A stretch of DNA of 64,000 nt from a virus (IMGVR_UViG_3300049141_000098:160001-224000); one strand, 5' to 3'. Numbered from the stretch's first letter, positions 1-8,918 are shown. The notes: generated by a model not told the origin, from the letters alone. Translations and numbers: made by a program.

Positions 1-113
1 TTCCAGGTGAAGTCGGCGCCGAAGCTGCGCGCGGCCAGCGTGATGACGCCGTACTCGCCGCCCGTATCGATCCCGAGGTGGCCACTGCCGTCCTTGGCTG
101 GAACCTCCGTCAC
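1..113 (-). CDS. Hypothetical protein, partial (runs off left edge)
   Basis: GTG at 113 after GGAAGGGGAGG; open to position 1. Confidence 0.5.
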   Translation of the reverse strand, partial: MTEVPAKDGSGHLGIDTGGEYGVITLAARSFGADFTW

Positions 114-245
114 CCTCCCCTTCCAGGTAGGGGGCTGTCGGTTCGTTCGCCGCTCTCGCAGGGACTCGCTCATTACCTCCTGAACCAGGATCGTGTCGCC
201 AAGCGACGGCCACGCCTTCTCGCTCACCCTCTTCTCCCTCCTTGC

Positions 246-551
246 TCAGTAGAACTCGGGGAACTTGCGGCGGACCAGATCGGCCGCCCACTGCCGCAGA
301 GCGTCCTGGAAGTCGTCGTCGTCCACGTCGTCCGTCCACCAGTGCCGATCGTCGGCTCGATACCGCAGGCAATCGTCCACGAGTTCGAGGATCTTCTGCT
401 TCGACAGCTCCGGGAGCGATCCGTCATCGGCGAGATCGTGGTCCCGGTACTTCAGACAGAGAATGCTTTCGAAGTCTTCCGCTCCCAGACGGAAGGTCAC
501 CCGACGGTCGATCCTCTTCTTTCCGTCCCCTGACAGGGTCGGCTTCAGCAT
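246..551 (-). CDS. Hypothetical protein
   Basis: ORF track, 101 aa, in leftward gene run. Confidence 0.7.
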   Translation of the reverse strand: MLKPTLSGDGKKRIDRRVTFRLGAEDFESILCLKYRDHDLADDGSLPELSKQKILELVDDCLRYRADDRHWWTDDVDDDDFQDALRQWAADLVRRKFPEFY

Positions 552-552
552 G

Positions 553-813
553 TCAGGCGTCCTTACTCTCTAGATCCATCACCATCCGAAGCAGGTCGCC
601 CCAGCGGGCCGGGCTGGTCAGTGCGTCCTGCATGACGAGGACGGTGACGAACCGGTACGCCGTGCGGTTGGAATGACCAGCCCGTGCGGCGAACGCGATG
701 GCGGCGACGATGCCCTCGCTGCCGACGACGAGATGCCGCATGCCGTCGATGGATGTCAGAGTCAGCGGCAGCATGCCGCACCCATCACACTTCTCCTGGG
801 TTGTCTCGTTCAC
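553..813 (-). CDS. Hypothetical protein with CxxC
   Basis: Start moved to GTG 813; CDGC motif. Confidence 0.6.
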   Translation of the reverse strand: MNETTQEKCDGCGMLPLTLTSIDGMRHLVVGSEGIVAAIAFAARAGHSNRTAYRFVTVLVMQDALTSPARWGDLLRMVMDLESKDA

Positions 814-827
814 CGGCGTCGCCCCTT

Positions 828-1202
828 CTAGTCCCGGCCGCAGGTGCAGGCGTTCGGCTCGCTGACCTGGAAACCGAACCGACGACCCGCCTCGTCGTAC
901 CCCTCCTTGTAGAGGTCGTCGCCCTCGCACTCCGGGGAGTGACCGGCCCTCACGTGGCGCTGCTTTGCCTGGAAGTTGCAGGCGCTGGCCTTGATGTAGG
1001 GCTCATCCGCTGTCGCCCGCTGACTCTCGGAGTAGGCACCGGCCGTGACGACCTCGATGCAGAGGTTGTAGAAGGCGCCATCGGACAGGTCCGGCAGCTT
1101 CTGTGCCCACGCTCGAATGCGGTACTGCTCAGCCTCCGTCGCCTTCTCGAAGTCGTGCATGGCGCCCGGCCCGATCAGGTCGGACAGTGTCTCGTCAGTC
1201 AT
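828..1202 (-). CDS. Hypothetical Cys/His protein, paralog of 1195-1590
   Basis: Shared AGH..C.GD.LY..GY and CTCG motifs. Confidence 0.8.
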   Translation of the reverse strand: MTDETLSDLIGPGAMHDFEKATEAEQYRIRAWAQKLPDLSDGAFYNLCIEVVTAGAYSESQRATADEPYIKASACNFQAKQRHVRAGHSPECEGDDLYKEGYDEAGRRFGFQVSEPNACTCGRD

Positions 1203-1590
1203 CCTTCTTCTCCAGTCCGCAAGTGCAAGGTGTCGCCGGTCCGGGTTGATGCCGCTGTTCACGGAGTGCCTGGTTGTAACCCTTGGTGTACAGGGTGTCT
1301 CCACGGCAAGAGGCGTCATGTCCGGCCTCTTGATGGCGGCGCCGCCCTTCGTCGGCGCAGATATCCGCCCTGGCGTGCGTGCCCCAGGCGTTGCCCCGGT
1401 AGCCGTTCATGATGGCGGAGTCGAGGATCCGTGAGGCGCATTCGATCACGAACTCCCGGTCCGGCATCTCGCGGAGCTGTGGCACCCACTCCCGGATCTT
1501 GGGCTTGTCATAGCCCGGGGCTCTCCGGTAGTTCTGCATGGACACGACGCTGATCGAGGACTCCAGCTCCTCCTCGGTGATACTGGTCAT
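1195..1590 (-). CDS. Hypothetical Cys/His protein, paralog of 828-1202
   Basis: As above; 131 aa. Confidence 0.8.
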   Translation of the reverse strand: MTSITEEELESSISVVSMQNYRRAPGYDKPKIREWVPQLREMPDREFVIECASRILDSAIMNGYRGNAWGTHARADICADEGRRRHQEAGHDASCRGDTLYTKGYNQALREQRHQPGPATPCTCGLEKKDD

Positions 1591-1922
1591 CAGGCCTGAT
1601 ACCTCGGAGCCGTCTTCTCCAGGTAGTCGACCCAGAGACCCGGACTCTCACCTTCACCGTCGTTGAGGTACGGAGAACGCAGTTCGTCGAAGGCCTGTCG
1701 CGCCTCCCGGGTCTCACCCATGTAGCGCCGCACGTCGGCGGGCGCCTTCCAGGAGGTGGTCGGGGGCAGGCAGTCACATCGAACGCCGTTGTTGCGCAGG
1801 CTGGGGCAGCTCGACCCGTGCTCCTCCGGGGCTACCTCAATGAAGTCCATCTCCCGAAGAACCTGAAGCTTCTGTTCGGGTGACAGTCCCCTGAAGTCGA
1901 TGTTGTGCTTGAACTCGGCCAT
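1590..1922 (-). CDS. Hypothetical protein
   Basis: ORF track; SD present. Confidence 0.75.
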   Translation of the reverse strand: MAEFKHNIDFRGLSPEQKLQVLREMDFIEVAPEEHGSSCPSLRNNGVRCDCLPPTTSWKAPADVRRYMGETREARQAFDELRSPYLNDGEGESPGLWVDYLEKTAPRYQA

Positions 1923-1962
1923 CGCTTCCGTCCCCTTCCTTTCCGTTACGCCGTTGTGATGT

Positions 1963-2175
1963 TCAGTCCACGAGCCACGCGACGGCGCGCCCCTGCCGGG
2001 CCCCAGGAGAGTAGAGCCATCCGGTCATGAATCTCCGGCCGTCCTCGGTGGTGACCATGCAGTCATGCTTGGTCTTATGAGGTCGCACCGAGACGATCTG
2101 TGCCCGACGGCGGATCAGGCCACTGCGGGAGTAACGCTCGATGAGGAACCCGTCCTCGGTGAACACGGCCATCAC
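1963..2175 (-). CDS. Hypothetical protein
   Basis: ORF track; coupled overlap. Confidence 0.65.
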   Translation of the reverse strand: MMAVFTEDGFLIERYSRSGLIRRRAQIVSVRPHKTKHDCMVTTEDGRRFMTGWLYSPGARQGRAVAWLVD

Positions 2176-2681
2176 GCACGCTCCAGGATGCCAATCTTGG
2201 CGGCATCCTCGATCGTCATTTCGGTGCCGTTGTAGTGCACGGTGATCCCGCTGTGCCTACGGATGTCGAAAATGCATCCCACTGGGACCGTCAGGTGAAC
2301 CCCAGGCCCCTTCCGCTGCACCGGAGCCCCATCGACCGTGACCCGTGCACCGTCCCCAGTGACGGCGAAGTTGATGTTCCCACCCGAGACGACGGAGCGC
2401 TCTCCCGCAGCCGTAACGGATCCACCAGAGATCGACGACCCCCGATGAGAACCGAAGAGCCTGGTGACCCAGGAGATTGTGCTGGGCCTACCTACGGCGA
2501 TGCGCATCTCCCGACCTCCAGCGCCACCTGGCCCAGCGTGTGCCCCTAAGCCCCGGTCGGCCAGTACGTGCACCCGCCGGTGCGTGGCGTCCGGCTGAAC
2601 TGTGATCTCCACCGGGAGATCGGGTGCCTCAACTCGAATGGGCCCTGCTCCGGGTCGGTGGTGCGACTGGATCAGCTCCAC
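2172..2681 (-). CDS. Hypothetical Gly/Val/Ser beta-rich protein
   Basis: 169 aa, SGGSVT/SGGNIN beta-repeat-like segment. Confidence 0.7.
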   Translation of the reverse strand: MELIQSHHRPGAGPIRVEAPDLPVEITVQPDATHRRVHVLADRGLGAHAGPGGAGGREMRIAVGRPSTISWVTRLFGSHRGSSISGGSVTAAGERSVVSGGNINFAVTGDGARVTVDGAPVQRKGPGVHLTVPVGCIFDIRRHSGITVHYNGTEMTIEDAAKIGILERA

Positions 2682-2699
2682 GATCCTTCCCCTTCTTGA

Positions 2700-3077
2700 T
2701 CAGTCATTGGTGCCAAGTGCCAGTCGGCAGCCCAGCGTGAAGTGTTCAAGCGCGGCGTTCACTTCCTCCTCGGACCCGCCCCCGCGCGAGCGCGCGATGG
2801 CGGCGTCCCGGAAAGTCAGCATGCGGGCCTGGAGTTCACGGTTGCAGTGCAGCAAGGCGGTCTGGACAGCCCTGTCCAAGTCCCGGACGGGATCGGCGCT
2901 GTCGACCGTCAGGAAGGGCTGGTAGGCGACAGACCCCTTGGTGAGGACGTCGATGAAAGCCTCTTCCGCGCTGACGCTGTACTGCGGTTCGGCCTCTCCG
3001 ATCAGACGCGGCTCTTGCGGCCTCGCTGTGCTGACTTCCTTCACCCTGCGCAGCCGGTCCAGAAACTTCACAGCCAC
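2700..3077 (-). CDS. Hypothetical protein
   Basis: ORF track. Confidence 0.7.
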   Translation of the reverse strand: MAVKFLDRLRRVKEVSTARPQEPRLIGEAEPQYSVSAEEAFIDVLTKGSVAYQPFLTVDSADPVRDLDRAVQTALLHCNRELQARMLTFRDAAIARSRGGGSEEEVNAALEHFTLGCRLALGTND

Positions 3078-3081
3078 CCTC

Positions 3082-3573
3082 TCACGTGTCCAGGAAGGTC
3101 AGCAGGCGCACGGAGTTGCCGAAGGCGACCTTCAGGCGGTCCATGAGCAGGATTCCGGTAGGCGTGAGGTCGTCCCAGGTCGCCTCCCAGAACGCGCCGC
3201 CGTCTCGGGCCGCGAGCGTGCGACCGGTTGACCCCATGTCGGCCGCGAAGAGTACGGGAATCGACAGAGCTTCCTGAGAGATCAGCGATCGCACCATCGA
3301 TGCCTTCGCCGGGTATCCGTTCTGCTCCAGCAGGCGTGCTGCGTGATCCCGCGCCGCCTCGTCCTCGATCTGCCCCTTCGAGCCGCCCCAGAAGTCGCGA
3401 AGGTCGCTGACAGCGGCATCCGGCCGAGTGATGACGATGAAGTTCTCGATGGTGCACTTGTCTGGGTGGTCGTGGGGTCGAGGCAGTGCCGCCATGACGT
3501 ACATGCCGCCCCCTTCACCCGCATCCACCCACTCGGCGCCGGGTTCGGGGAAGCGGATCAACTCGTTGGTCAT
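3082..3573 (-). CDS. Hypothetical protein
   Basis: ORF track; SD GGAAGGAG. Confidence 0.75.
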   Translation of the reverse strand: MTNELIRFPEPGAEWVDAGEGGGMYVMAALPRPHDHPDKCTIENFIVITRPDAAVSDLRDFWGGSKGQIEDEAARDHAARLLEQNGYPAKASMVRSLISQEALSIPVLFAADMGSTGRTLAARDGGAFWEATWDDLTPTGILLMDRLKVAFGNSVRLLTFLDT

Positions 3574-3610
3574 GTCTTCTCCTTCCGCTGTGCGAATCCT
3601 ACCAGCATTT

Positions 3611-3620
3611 GGCCTAGGTC
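3611..3620. promoter_or_regulatory. Palindrome C1 GGCCTAGGTC
   Basis: Intergenic; on minus strand followed by TAGGAT -10-like hexamer. Confidence 0.75.
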
Positions 3621-3634
3621 ATAGAGAAAAGAGA

Positions 3635-3664
3635 GAAGGGCGGCCTCGGTTGAGACCGCCCTTC
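3635..3664 (-). terminator. Intrinsic terminator
   Basis: GAAGGGCGG/CCGCCCTTC stem followed by TCTCTTTTCT on minus strand. Confidence 0.7.
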
Positions 3665-3674
3665 GAGGTGTCAC

Positions 3675-3881
3675 TTACTCCCCTTCGGCTTCTCCGCCGC
3701 CCAGGAGAACTGCGCTGGCGTGGACGCCCAGGGCTTCACTGACCGCGCCATCTCGCAAGCGCCGACCGTGCAGGCCGTACGCATCCTCCAGGGCTTCGCG
3801 TTCAGTCGCGGCTTCGACCTCGTAGGTGAACTCGCTACGAGCCACGCCGTATGCCGTGACTCTCCACTTGTTGAGGCTCAT
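3675..3881 (-). CDS. Hypothetical protein
   Basis: Start moved to ATG 3881 (coupled). Confidence 0.7.
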   Translation of the reverse strand: MSLNKWRVTAYGVARSEFTYEVEAATEREALEDAYGLHGRRLRDGAVSEALGVHASAVLLGGGEAEGE

Positions 3882-4258
3882 CGGTCCATTCCTTGACGTT
3901 CCGTTACGTTCATCAACCGCGCACCGGGCGGCGGGGCGGCGACGTTCATGATGCCGGAGCCGTGACAGAAGCCTGCGGAGTCCAGTCGCCAGCGGGCCCG
4001 ACTCACGGGTGGGTACGGCGAAAGCTCCAGGCGGTCCTCTGCGGTCCAGACATCGACAACGCGGGGCGGTGCACCATACTGCCGCCGGGCATGGTCGCAT
4101 ACGAGCTGAAGGGTCACGAAGCGGCGCAGATCGGCGTCCGTGAGGCGGTCATCCTCGGGCAGTGCGGGGCACTCGACCTCGAAGGCAATCTTTTCCACCC
4201 CTACCTGCTGCCCTCCGGCGAACCACCTGAGGCGAGCATCTCCCTGCCAGGTCTCCAT
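3878..4258 (-). CDS. Hypothetical protein
   Basis: ORF track. Confidence 0.7.
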   Translation of the reverse strand: METWQGDARLRWFAGGQQVGVEKIAFEVECPALPEDDRLTDADLRRFVTLQLVCDHARRQYGAPPRVVDVWTAEDRLELSPYPPVSRARWRLDSAGFCHGSGIMNVAAPPPGARLMNVTERQGMDR

Positions 4259-4260
4259 GA

Positions 4261-4686
4261 TCAGTCCTCAAACCGGAACAGCCAGATGCCGTACTGGTTG
4301 TTGACGACGGTGAAGCCCTGCTCCTTCTTGTCATGCTGATAGATGCCGGACAGGTGCTCCTGGATCTGCTTCCGCAAGCCCTGGGACTTGATGACGCCGT
4401 CCGTCATGTCCCAGTAGCCCTCGTAGTTGACCGAGACCAGGTGGTTGTCATCGTCATACCGTTCGACCTGCGCCAGCATCGCCTCGATGATGTCGTCCTC
4501 GGTCAGGGACTGACCGGCCTTCTCCATGTCGGCCCCCCGGCGCACCAGGCGCCCCCACAGAGCCTCGGCTGCCGCCCGGATGTCGTACTGATCGGCCCTT
4601 TGGAGCTTGGCGTAGCTGGAGTAACTGCTGTCGGCCGCCGCCTTGGCGAACTCGTCAGCGAACTCGCTCATCCCGTAGTTCCGCAT
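4261..4686 (-). CDS. Hypothetical protein
   Basis: ORF track; CGGAAAGGGAG SD. Confidence 0.8.
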   Translation of the reverse strand: MRNYGMSEFADEFAKAAADSSYSSYAKLQRADQYDIRAAAEALWGRLVRRGADMEKAGQSLTEDDIIEAMLAQVERYDDDNHLVSVNYEGYWDMTDGVIKSQGLRKQIQEHLSGIYQHDKKEQGFTVVNNQYGIWLFRFED

Positions 4687-5081
4687 CGTTCCTTCTCCCT
4701 TTCCGTGTTCCGTCTATCGACTGCGATCCACTCGGATCCGATCGAGTCGACCTCCAGGTCTTGCACATACTTCCAGACCGGCTCGCTCCTGTCCCGGGGA
4801 TCCAGGGCGGTCTTGCCCTGGGGGGTGAGTATCGAGTACTCCCTGAAGTTGGCTTGCGTCACCCGACGTTGGCCCAGCGGCTGCACTCCAGGGGCCAGGG
4901 CTCCCAGTTCGGCGTCAGCTCGCACCCACAGCCCGCCATCCTCATCGACGCCGACGTCACGGCCGTGGATCCACTGAGGTTGCGCAGCGGATCCCCCGAG
5001 GAGTTCTTCTGGAGTCACCTTTAGCCCCTTTCCGGAAACACTAAGAGGGCGCCAGTCTGGCACCCTCTGTGTATAGGTCAA
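4668..5081 (-). CDS. Hypothetical protein
   Basis: ORF track. Confidence 0.65.
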   Translation of the reverse strand: MTYTQRVPDWRPLSVSGKGLKVTPEELLGGSAAQPQWIHGRDVGVDEDGGLWVRADAELGALAPGVQPLGQRRVTQANFREYSILTPQGKTALDPRDRSEPVWKYVQDLEVDSIGSEWIAVDRRNTEREKERCGTTG

Positions 5082-5093
5082 GACCCCGTCGCA

Positions 5094-5177
5094 TTACTCC
5101 TGCGGCGGGCGGGGCCCCGGCTTCGGGGGGTTCGTAGCCCCCGGCGTCCTCTGCGGCAGTGCTGGCTTGTTGGTCAT
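5094..5177 (-). CDS. 27-aa Pro-rich peptide MTNKPALPQRTPGATNPPKPGPRPPQE
   Basis: Read by eye; strong SD CGGAAAGGGAAGG; directly downstream of palindrome C2. Confidence 0.5.
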   Translation of the reverse strand: MTNKPALPQRTPGATNPPKPGPRPPQE

Positions 5178-5213
5178 CCTTTCGTCCTTCCCTTTCCGAA
5201 CCCCTCCATTATC

Positions 5214-5223
5214 GGCCTAGGCC
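5214..5223. promoter_or_regulatory. Palindrome C2 GGCCTAGGCC
   Basis: Intergenic; preceded by TACACT on minus strand. Confidence 0.75.
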
Positions 5224-5256
5224 AGTGTATCGCGACTCCCGCCGAATATCACCCAA

Positions 5257-5559
5257 TCAGTCGGCGGGGCGGAAGAACTTCAGGTCATTCGTGACGAACA
5301 GCCATCCGTCCCAGAGGAAGCCCGCCTCGACGTCCGTCACGCGTGCCCCCGTTTCACTTGTGATGACAAGGGCTCGGTCCCCAGCGGCGACCTTCAGACG
5401 GACCTGGTCGTCCGCAGGGTCCATGCGGTGAGGCTTTTCCTCCACCGTGCCAACGGCGGCGAACCGTAGAGACTTCACTCCCCAGGTGACCTTGACTCGA
5501 TCGCCTCTTCGAACCTGTCCGCGAGGGATGCGAGTCCACCCGCTGTCACTCTCGCTCAC
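5257..5559 (-). CDS. Hypothetical SH3-like protein
   Basis: VRRGDRVKV beta pattern; start moved to GTG 5559. Confidence 0.6.
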   Translation of the reverse strand: MSESDSGWTRIPRGQVRRGDRVKVTWGVKSLRFAAVGTVEEKPHRMDPADDQVRLKVAAGDRALVITSETGARVTDVEAGFLWDGWLFVTNDLKFFRPAD

Positions 5560-5664
5560 GCGTATCAACCTTCCTTGATTCACAGCTAGACGCACGGGTC
5601 GTAGTGACGTCCCGCACCCTGAGAGTCGCGCCGCAGTCTCCCGAATCCCACCCGTCGACCCCAG

Positions 5665-6009
5665 TCAGTCCAGGCCGTCCCCCGGGAAGCGAGGTGCGGG
5701 AGTTTCGTCCTCCTTGTGCACCAGGTGCCCTGACTTCCTTAGGTACGGATCGATCTCCTTGGCGGCGAGCGTCAGCCCCTGCCCCACACCGGCACCATGC
5801 TTGAGCACCGCGTCGTAGTGGAGATCGAGTACGCGGGCCGCCGCCCGATGCAGGGCTTGCTCCTCGGTCCTGTCGAGATACCAGTCCAGGTCCCGGCAGT
5901 CCGTGTCCGGCTGGTCGGTCTCCAGGATGCACTTGCCCTGGCAGCGCTTGATGTGCAGCCTGTGCCGGGCGCTGACTACGTTCGTCACCTTGTCTTCTCC
6001 TTCATTCAT
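5665..6009 (-). CDS. Hypothetical protein
   Basis: Start moved to ATG 6009. Confidence 0.65.
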   Translation of the reverse strand: MNEGEDKVTNVVSARHRLHIKRCQGKCILETDQPDTDCRDLDWYLDRTEEQALHRAAARVLDLHYDAVLKHGAGVGQGLTLAAKEIDPYLRKSGHLVHKEDETPAPRFPGDGLD

Positions 6010-6256
6010 GACCGGCCCAGTCCCGGAACAGCTTGAGTGCCAGCTCGATCGTTCCGACCTGTGCGCGCAGGATGACCTTTCCGGCCGCCTCGCAGACCAG
6101 GGACTGCCAGTCGTCATCGACCCCGTCATCTTCCAGGATCCAGTAGCGCGCCCCGTCCGGCTTGCTGGCGACCGGTACGTCCGCCTTGGACTCGGCGCCG
6201 CCCCACAGGCAGTACTCCGGGCCCCAGTCGTCCTTGCAGGGGCACTTAACTGGCAT
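6002..6256 (-). CDS. Hypothetical protein
   Basis: ORF track. Confidence 0.7.
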   Translation of the reverse strand: MPVKCPCKDDWGPEYCLWGGAESKADVPVASKPDGARYWILEDDGVDDDWQSLVCEAAGKVILRAQVGTIELALKLFRDWAGHE

Positions 6257-6257
6257 A

Positions 6258-6494
6258 TCAGGTGCCTTCCTCGCGGCCCACCTGAGTCTCGGCCGCCTCC
6301 AGCACCGCCATCAGGTCCCGGCGGTCCATGGCGTACATCGGGTAAGGCCAGCCTGGCGACAGGAATGCTTTCGAACTTCCGATCTCACTAGCCACGTTCA
6401 GAACCTCCGGATGCAGCTCCAACCAGAGCTTGATCCGACCGATCGCTGCGGCCAGGTCCCGGCCGGGGTGAAGCTCCGGGTTGCTCTCGGACAC
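6258..6494 (-). CDS. Hypothetical protein
   Basis: ORF track; SD. Confidence 0.7.
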   Translation of the reverse strand: MSESNPELHPGRDLAAAIGRIKLWLELHPEVLNVASEIGSSKAFLSPGWPYPMYAMDRRDLMAVLEAAETQVGREEGT

Positions 6495-6512
6495 ACCCTT
6501 CTCCCTTCCTCG

Positions 6513-7037
6513 CTAACTGTTGCCTGCCTTGCGAAGCGCCTCGTAGGCGTCCTGACGGAACCGCGCCCACTGCTCCTCGTGGAGAGCGCGCAGTCGCTCG
6601 TCAGCCGCCGCTGCGGCCTGCTCCCACAGCCGCTGGTCGATGTGATGTTCCTTGCGGTCGAGGATGGCGCGTGCCGTACGGGTCGTGACGTAGTACGTCG
6701 TACCGTGTTGCGCTCCCCCGATCTGGTGCCCCAACTCAGTCCACTCGTGGGACTTCTTGCCGATCAGCAGCCCGTCGCGTTCCATCCCGTCCACCAGCCG
6801 CTCAGTGGCCGGGTAGTTGATGACGGTGCGGGCCCAGGCAGTCGCCTGGTCGGCGCGCTGCCCGTCAGGTTGATGGCTGTACAGCCTGGCTGCTGCCACC
6901 AGGAGGGCTGGGCGCGTCATCGTGCTGTCCCGGGCCGCCGTGAGGATCACGATGATCTGCTCCTTGGTGGGCACCGGCTTCTCGGCGGGGAGTGGTCCCG
7001 GTTCCCCGGCTACCGTGTACAGCCTGGCCCGGCTCAT
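6513..7037 (-). CDS. Hypothetical protein
   Basis: ATG 7037 coupled to macrodomain stop. Confidence 0.7.
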   Translation of the reverse strand: MSRARLYTVAGEPGPLPAEKPVPTKEQIIVILTAARDSTMTRPALLVAAARLYSHQPDGQRADQATAWARTVINYPATERLVDGMERDGLLIGKKSHEWTELGHQIGGAQHGTTYYVTTRTARAILDRKEHHIDQRLWEQAAAAADERLRALHEEQWARFRQDAYEALRKAGNS

Positions 7038-7486
7038 CGTGACTCCGTGAAGTTGAAGAGCCAGGTCTCCATTGGGAGGTCGGCCATCTTCCCCGTGATC
7101 GCGTTCAGTACCTGGTGCTGCGGCAGTCCGCCGAGTCCGCATCCGAGCGGTGGAATGGCGATCGAGACCGGCCTGACCTGGTCACACCAGTCGACCATCG
7201 CTTCGATCCCGGCAGCCACGTCTGAGAACAGGGAGCGGTCCCGCCAGTGCCGCTTTGTCGGCACGCTGAGCATCACCCGGCCATTGGGGAGGACTGCCTC
7301 GTGGAGGACCCCCGGCTTCATCTTCCCGGCCCGGCAGAACTCCCGGTACTCGGCCACCTGGTCCGGCCAACGGTCCTGGAACGCCTTCGCGATCCCGGCC
7401 CCCGCGACGCCGACGCAGTTCACGGCGTTCACCAGCACGCAGCAGTTCGAGTCCAGCAGGTTGCCCCGCGTGTGATGCAGTGGCAT
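7034..7486 (-). CDS. Macrodomain ADP-ribose glycohydrolase, DarG/TARG1-like
   Basis: GNLL..LVNAVNCVGVAGAGIAKAF, PTKRHW, SIAIPPLGCGLGGL motifs; 150 aa from ATG 7486. Confidence 0.92.
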   Translation of the reverse strand: MPLHHTRGNLLDSNCCVLVNAVNCVGVAGAGIAKAFQDRWPDQVAEYREFCRAGKMKPGVLHEAVLPNGRVMLSVPTKRHWRDRSLFSDVAAGIEAMVDWCDQVRPVSIAIPPLGCGLGGLPQHQVLNAITGKMADLPMETWLFNFTESR

Positions 7487-7488
7487 GG

Positions 7489-7695
7489 TCAGCCCTCCAG
7501 GATCTGGATCACGCGCTTCGCGGGGATGCGTACGCGAGCGCCCCGATCGAACCGGATGACCACATAGCCGCCCTCCTCGGTGAGCGTCTCCGGCTCCTGG
7601 AAGCCGAGTTCGGGCCCGAAGTTCTCGCGAGAACCCTTCCGGTATGTGCGCTCTCCCTTGGGGCCTTCGTAGGAAACTTCGAAATGCCTGCTCAT
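7489..7695 (-). CDS. Hypothetical protein
   Basis: ORF track. Confidence 0.7.
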   Translation of the reverse strand: MSRHFEVSYEGPKGERTYRKGSRENFGPELGFQEPETLTEEGGYVVIRFDRGARVRIPAKRVIQILEG

Positions 7696-8000
7696 CCGTT
7701 CTCCCCCTCATGGTTGAGGCTATCCAGCCAGGCCAGGACGGCCTCGGCGTCCGTCTTGGTCAGCGTGGAGAGTGCCTCTTGGTAGATCTTGCTGGATTCG
7801 TCCGAGGTTCTGGCGAACCATCGCAAGAACCCGACCTGCATGGCTGAGCAGCCACGCTTCCCGATCGGCCTGAATCCGATCGTCGTCTCGTCGGTGAAGC
7901 CGACCCTCTTCCGGGGGCGTGCCGTCACCCCGTAGTCCCGGCCGTCCTCGAAGTGAATCACGCCGTCTACCCTTGCTCCGAAGTAGTCGTCAGGCGTCAT
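7692..8000 (-). CDS. Hypothetical protein
   Basis: Start moved to ATG 8000. Confidence 0.65.
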   Translation of the reverse strand: MTPDDYFGARVDGVIHFEDGRDYGVTARPRKRVGFTDETTIGFRPIGKRGCSAMQVGFLRWFARTSDESSKIYQEALSTLTKTDAEAVLAWLDSLNHEGENG

Positions 8001-8433
8001 ACCCACCCCCCTCCTTCGCCTCCTCGGTCTCGTCTGCCAATGCGAGCGGCTGCCCGTCAATCCACATCGCCGGATCACTCTCGTAGCTCTGGTTGTGCAC
8101 TTGCACCGAAGGAGCCCCGTCTGGCGCGTCCGTCAGGGCCTCGGCCAGCCACTGAAGCCAGTCGCCAGCAGTGACCATCATCGGACGATCGATCGCAAGT
8201 CCCGGCACCTGATCGTGCAGAGTCAGCTCGCCACGATCATCGGCTGCCGCCAAGAATCCCTTCACGGTGTAGGCGGCCAGCGGGTGCAGGCTGCCTGCTC
8301 GCCGTTCAGCGACCTCCAGCAGGTTGTCCAGCTCCACGCGGCCAGCGTCGGTGCGATGTACGGTCAGACACAGGATGGTGCCATCCCTGGCGACCACGTC
8401 CATGCTCAGCGTGATCGGCTCAACTGCCTTCAT
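7990..8433 (-). CDS. Hypothetical protein
   Basis: First gene after C3; ATG 8433. Confidence 0.75.
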   Translation of the reverse strand: MKAVEPITLSMDVVARDGTILCLTVHRTDAGRVELDNLLEVAERRAGSLHPLAAYTVKGFLAAADDRGELTLHDQVPGLAIDRPMMVTAGDWLQWLAEALTDAPDGAPSVQVHNQSYESDPAMWIDGQPLALADETEEAKEGGGYDA

Positions 8434-8459
8434 CTTTGGGTTCCTTCCCCTTTCCAAAT

Positions 8460-8469
8460 GGCCTAGGTC
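8460..8469. promoter_or_regulatory. Palindrome C3 GGCCTAGGTC
   Basis: Intergenic, between terminator hairpin and SD. Confidence 0.75.
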
Positions 8470-8478
8470 AGAAGATAC

Positions 8479-8516
8479 GGAAGCGGGGACCTGGCCGCAA
8501 CCAGATCCCCGCTTCC
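8479..8516 (-). terminator. Terminator-like hairpin
   Basis: GGAAGCGGGGA/TCCCCGCTTCC stem after stop of 8526-8780. Confidence 0.65.
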
Positions 8517-8525
8517 TGTGGTCGC

Positions 8526-8780
8526 CTACTCTGCGACTTTCCGGACTGACGCCATCGCGAGCAGAATGGCGTTCTCGTCGCCCGCTCGCAGCGCCTTCTC
8601 GACCTCCTTGCAGAAGGTCGGCGTGATGTCATCCGAACTCTCTGTGGCGCGCTTCCCGACAACGTCGGACACCAGCCGGGAAGCCCAGTCAACGACTTCC
8701 GCAGGCAGGCCCGGGAGCTTGCTATGAAGCCCAGTGCGCACCTCTGCCCGCACCTGATCCAAGGGGGGAATCTCGTTCAT
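8526..8780 (-). CDS. Hypothetical protein
   Basis: ORF track. Confidence 0.7.
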   Translation of the reverse strand: MNEIPPLDQVRAEVRTGLHSKLPGLPAEVVDWASRLVSDVVGKRATESSDDITPTFCKEVEKALRAGDENAILLAMASVRKVAE

Positions 8781-8795
8781 TTGCGGCCCTCCTGG

Positions 8796-8918
8796 TCAGC
8801 CCTTCTTCGGGCAGTTCTTGTCGGAGCAGGTGTGCCAGACCGTCGTGGTCCGGCCGTTCACGGTATACGTCGCCTTGTAGCAGTCGATCGGTGCTGTCAG
8901 GTCACTCAGCTCAGTCAC
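8796..8918 (-). CDS. 40-aa hypothetical protein
   Basis: Read by eye; strong SD; first ORF after C4. Confidence 0.55.
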   Translation of the reverse strand: MTELSDLTAPIDCYKATYTVNGRTTTVWHTCSDKNCPKKG

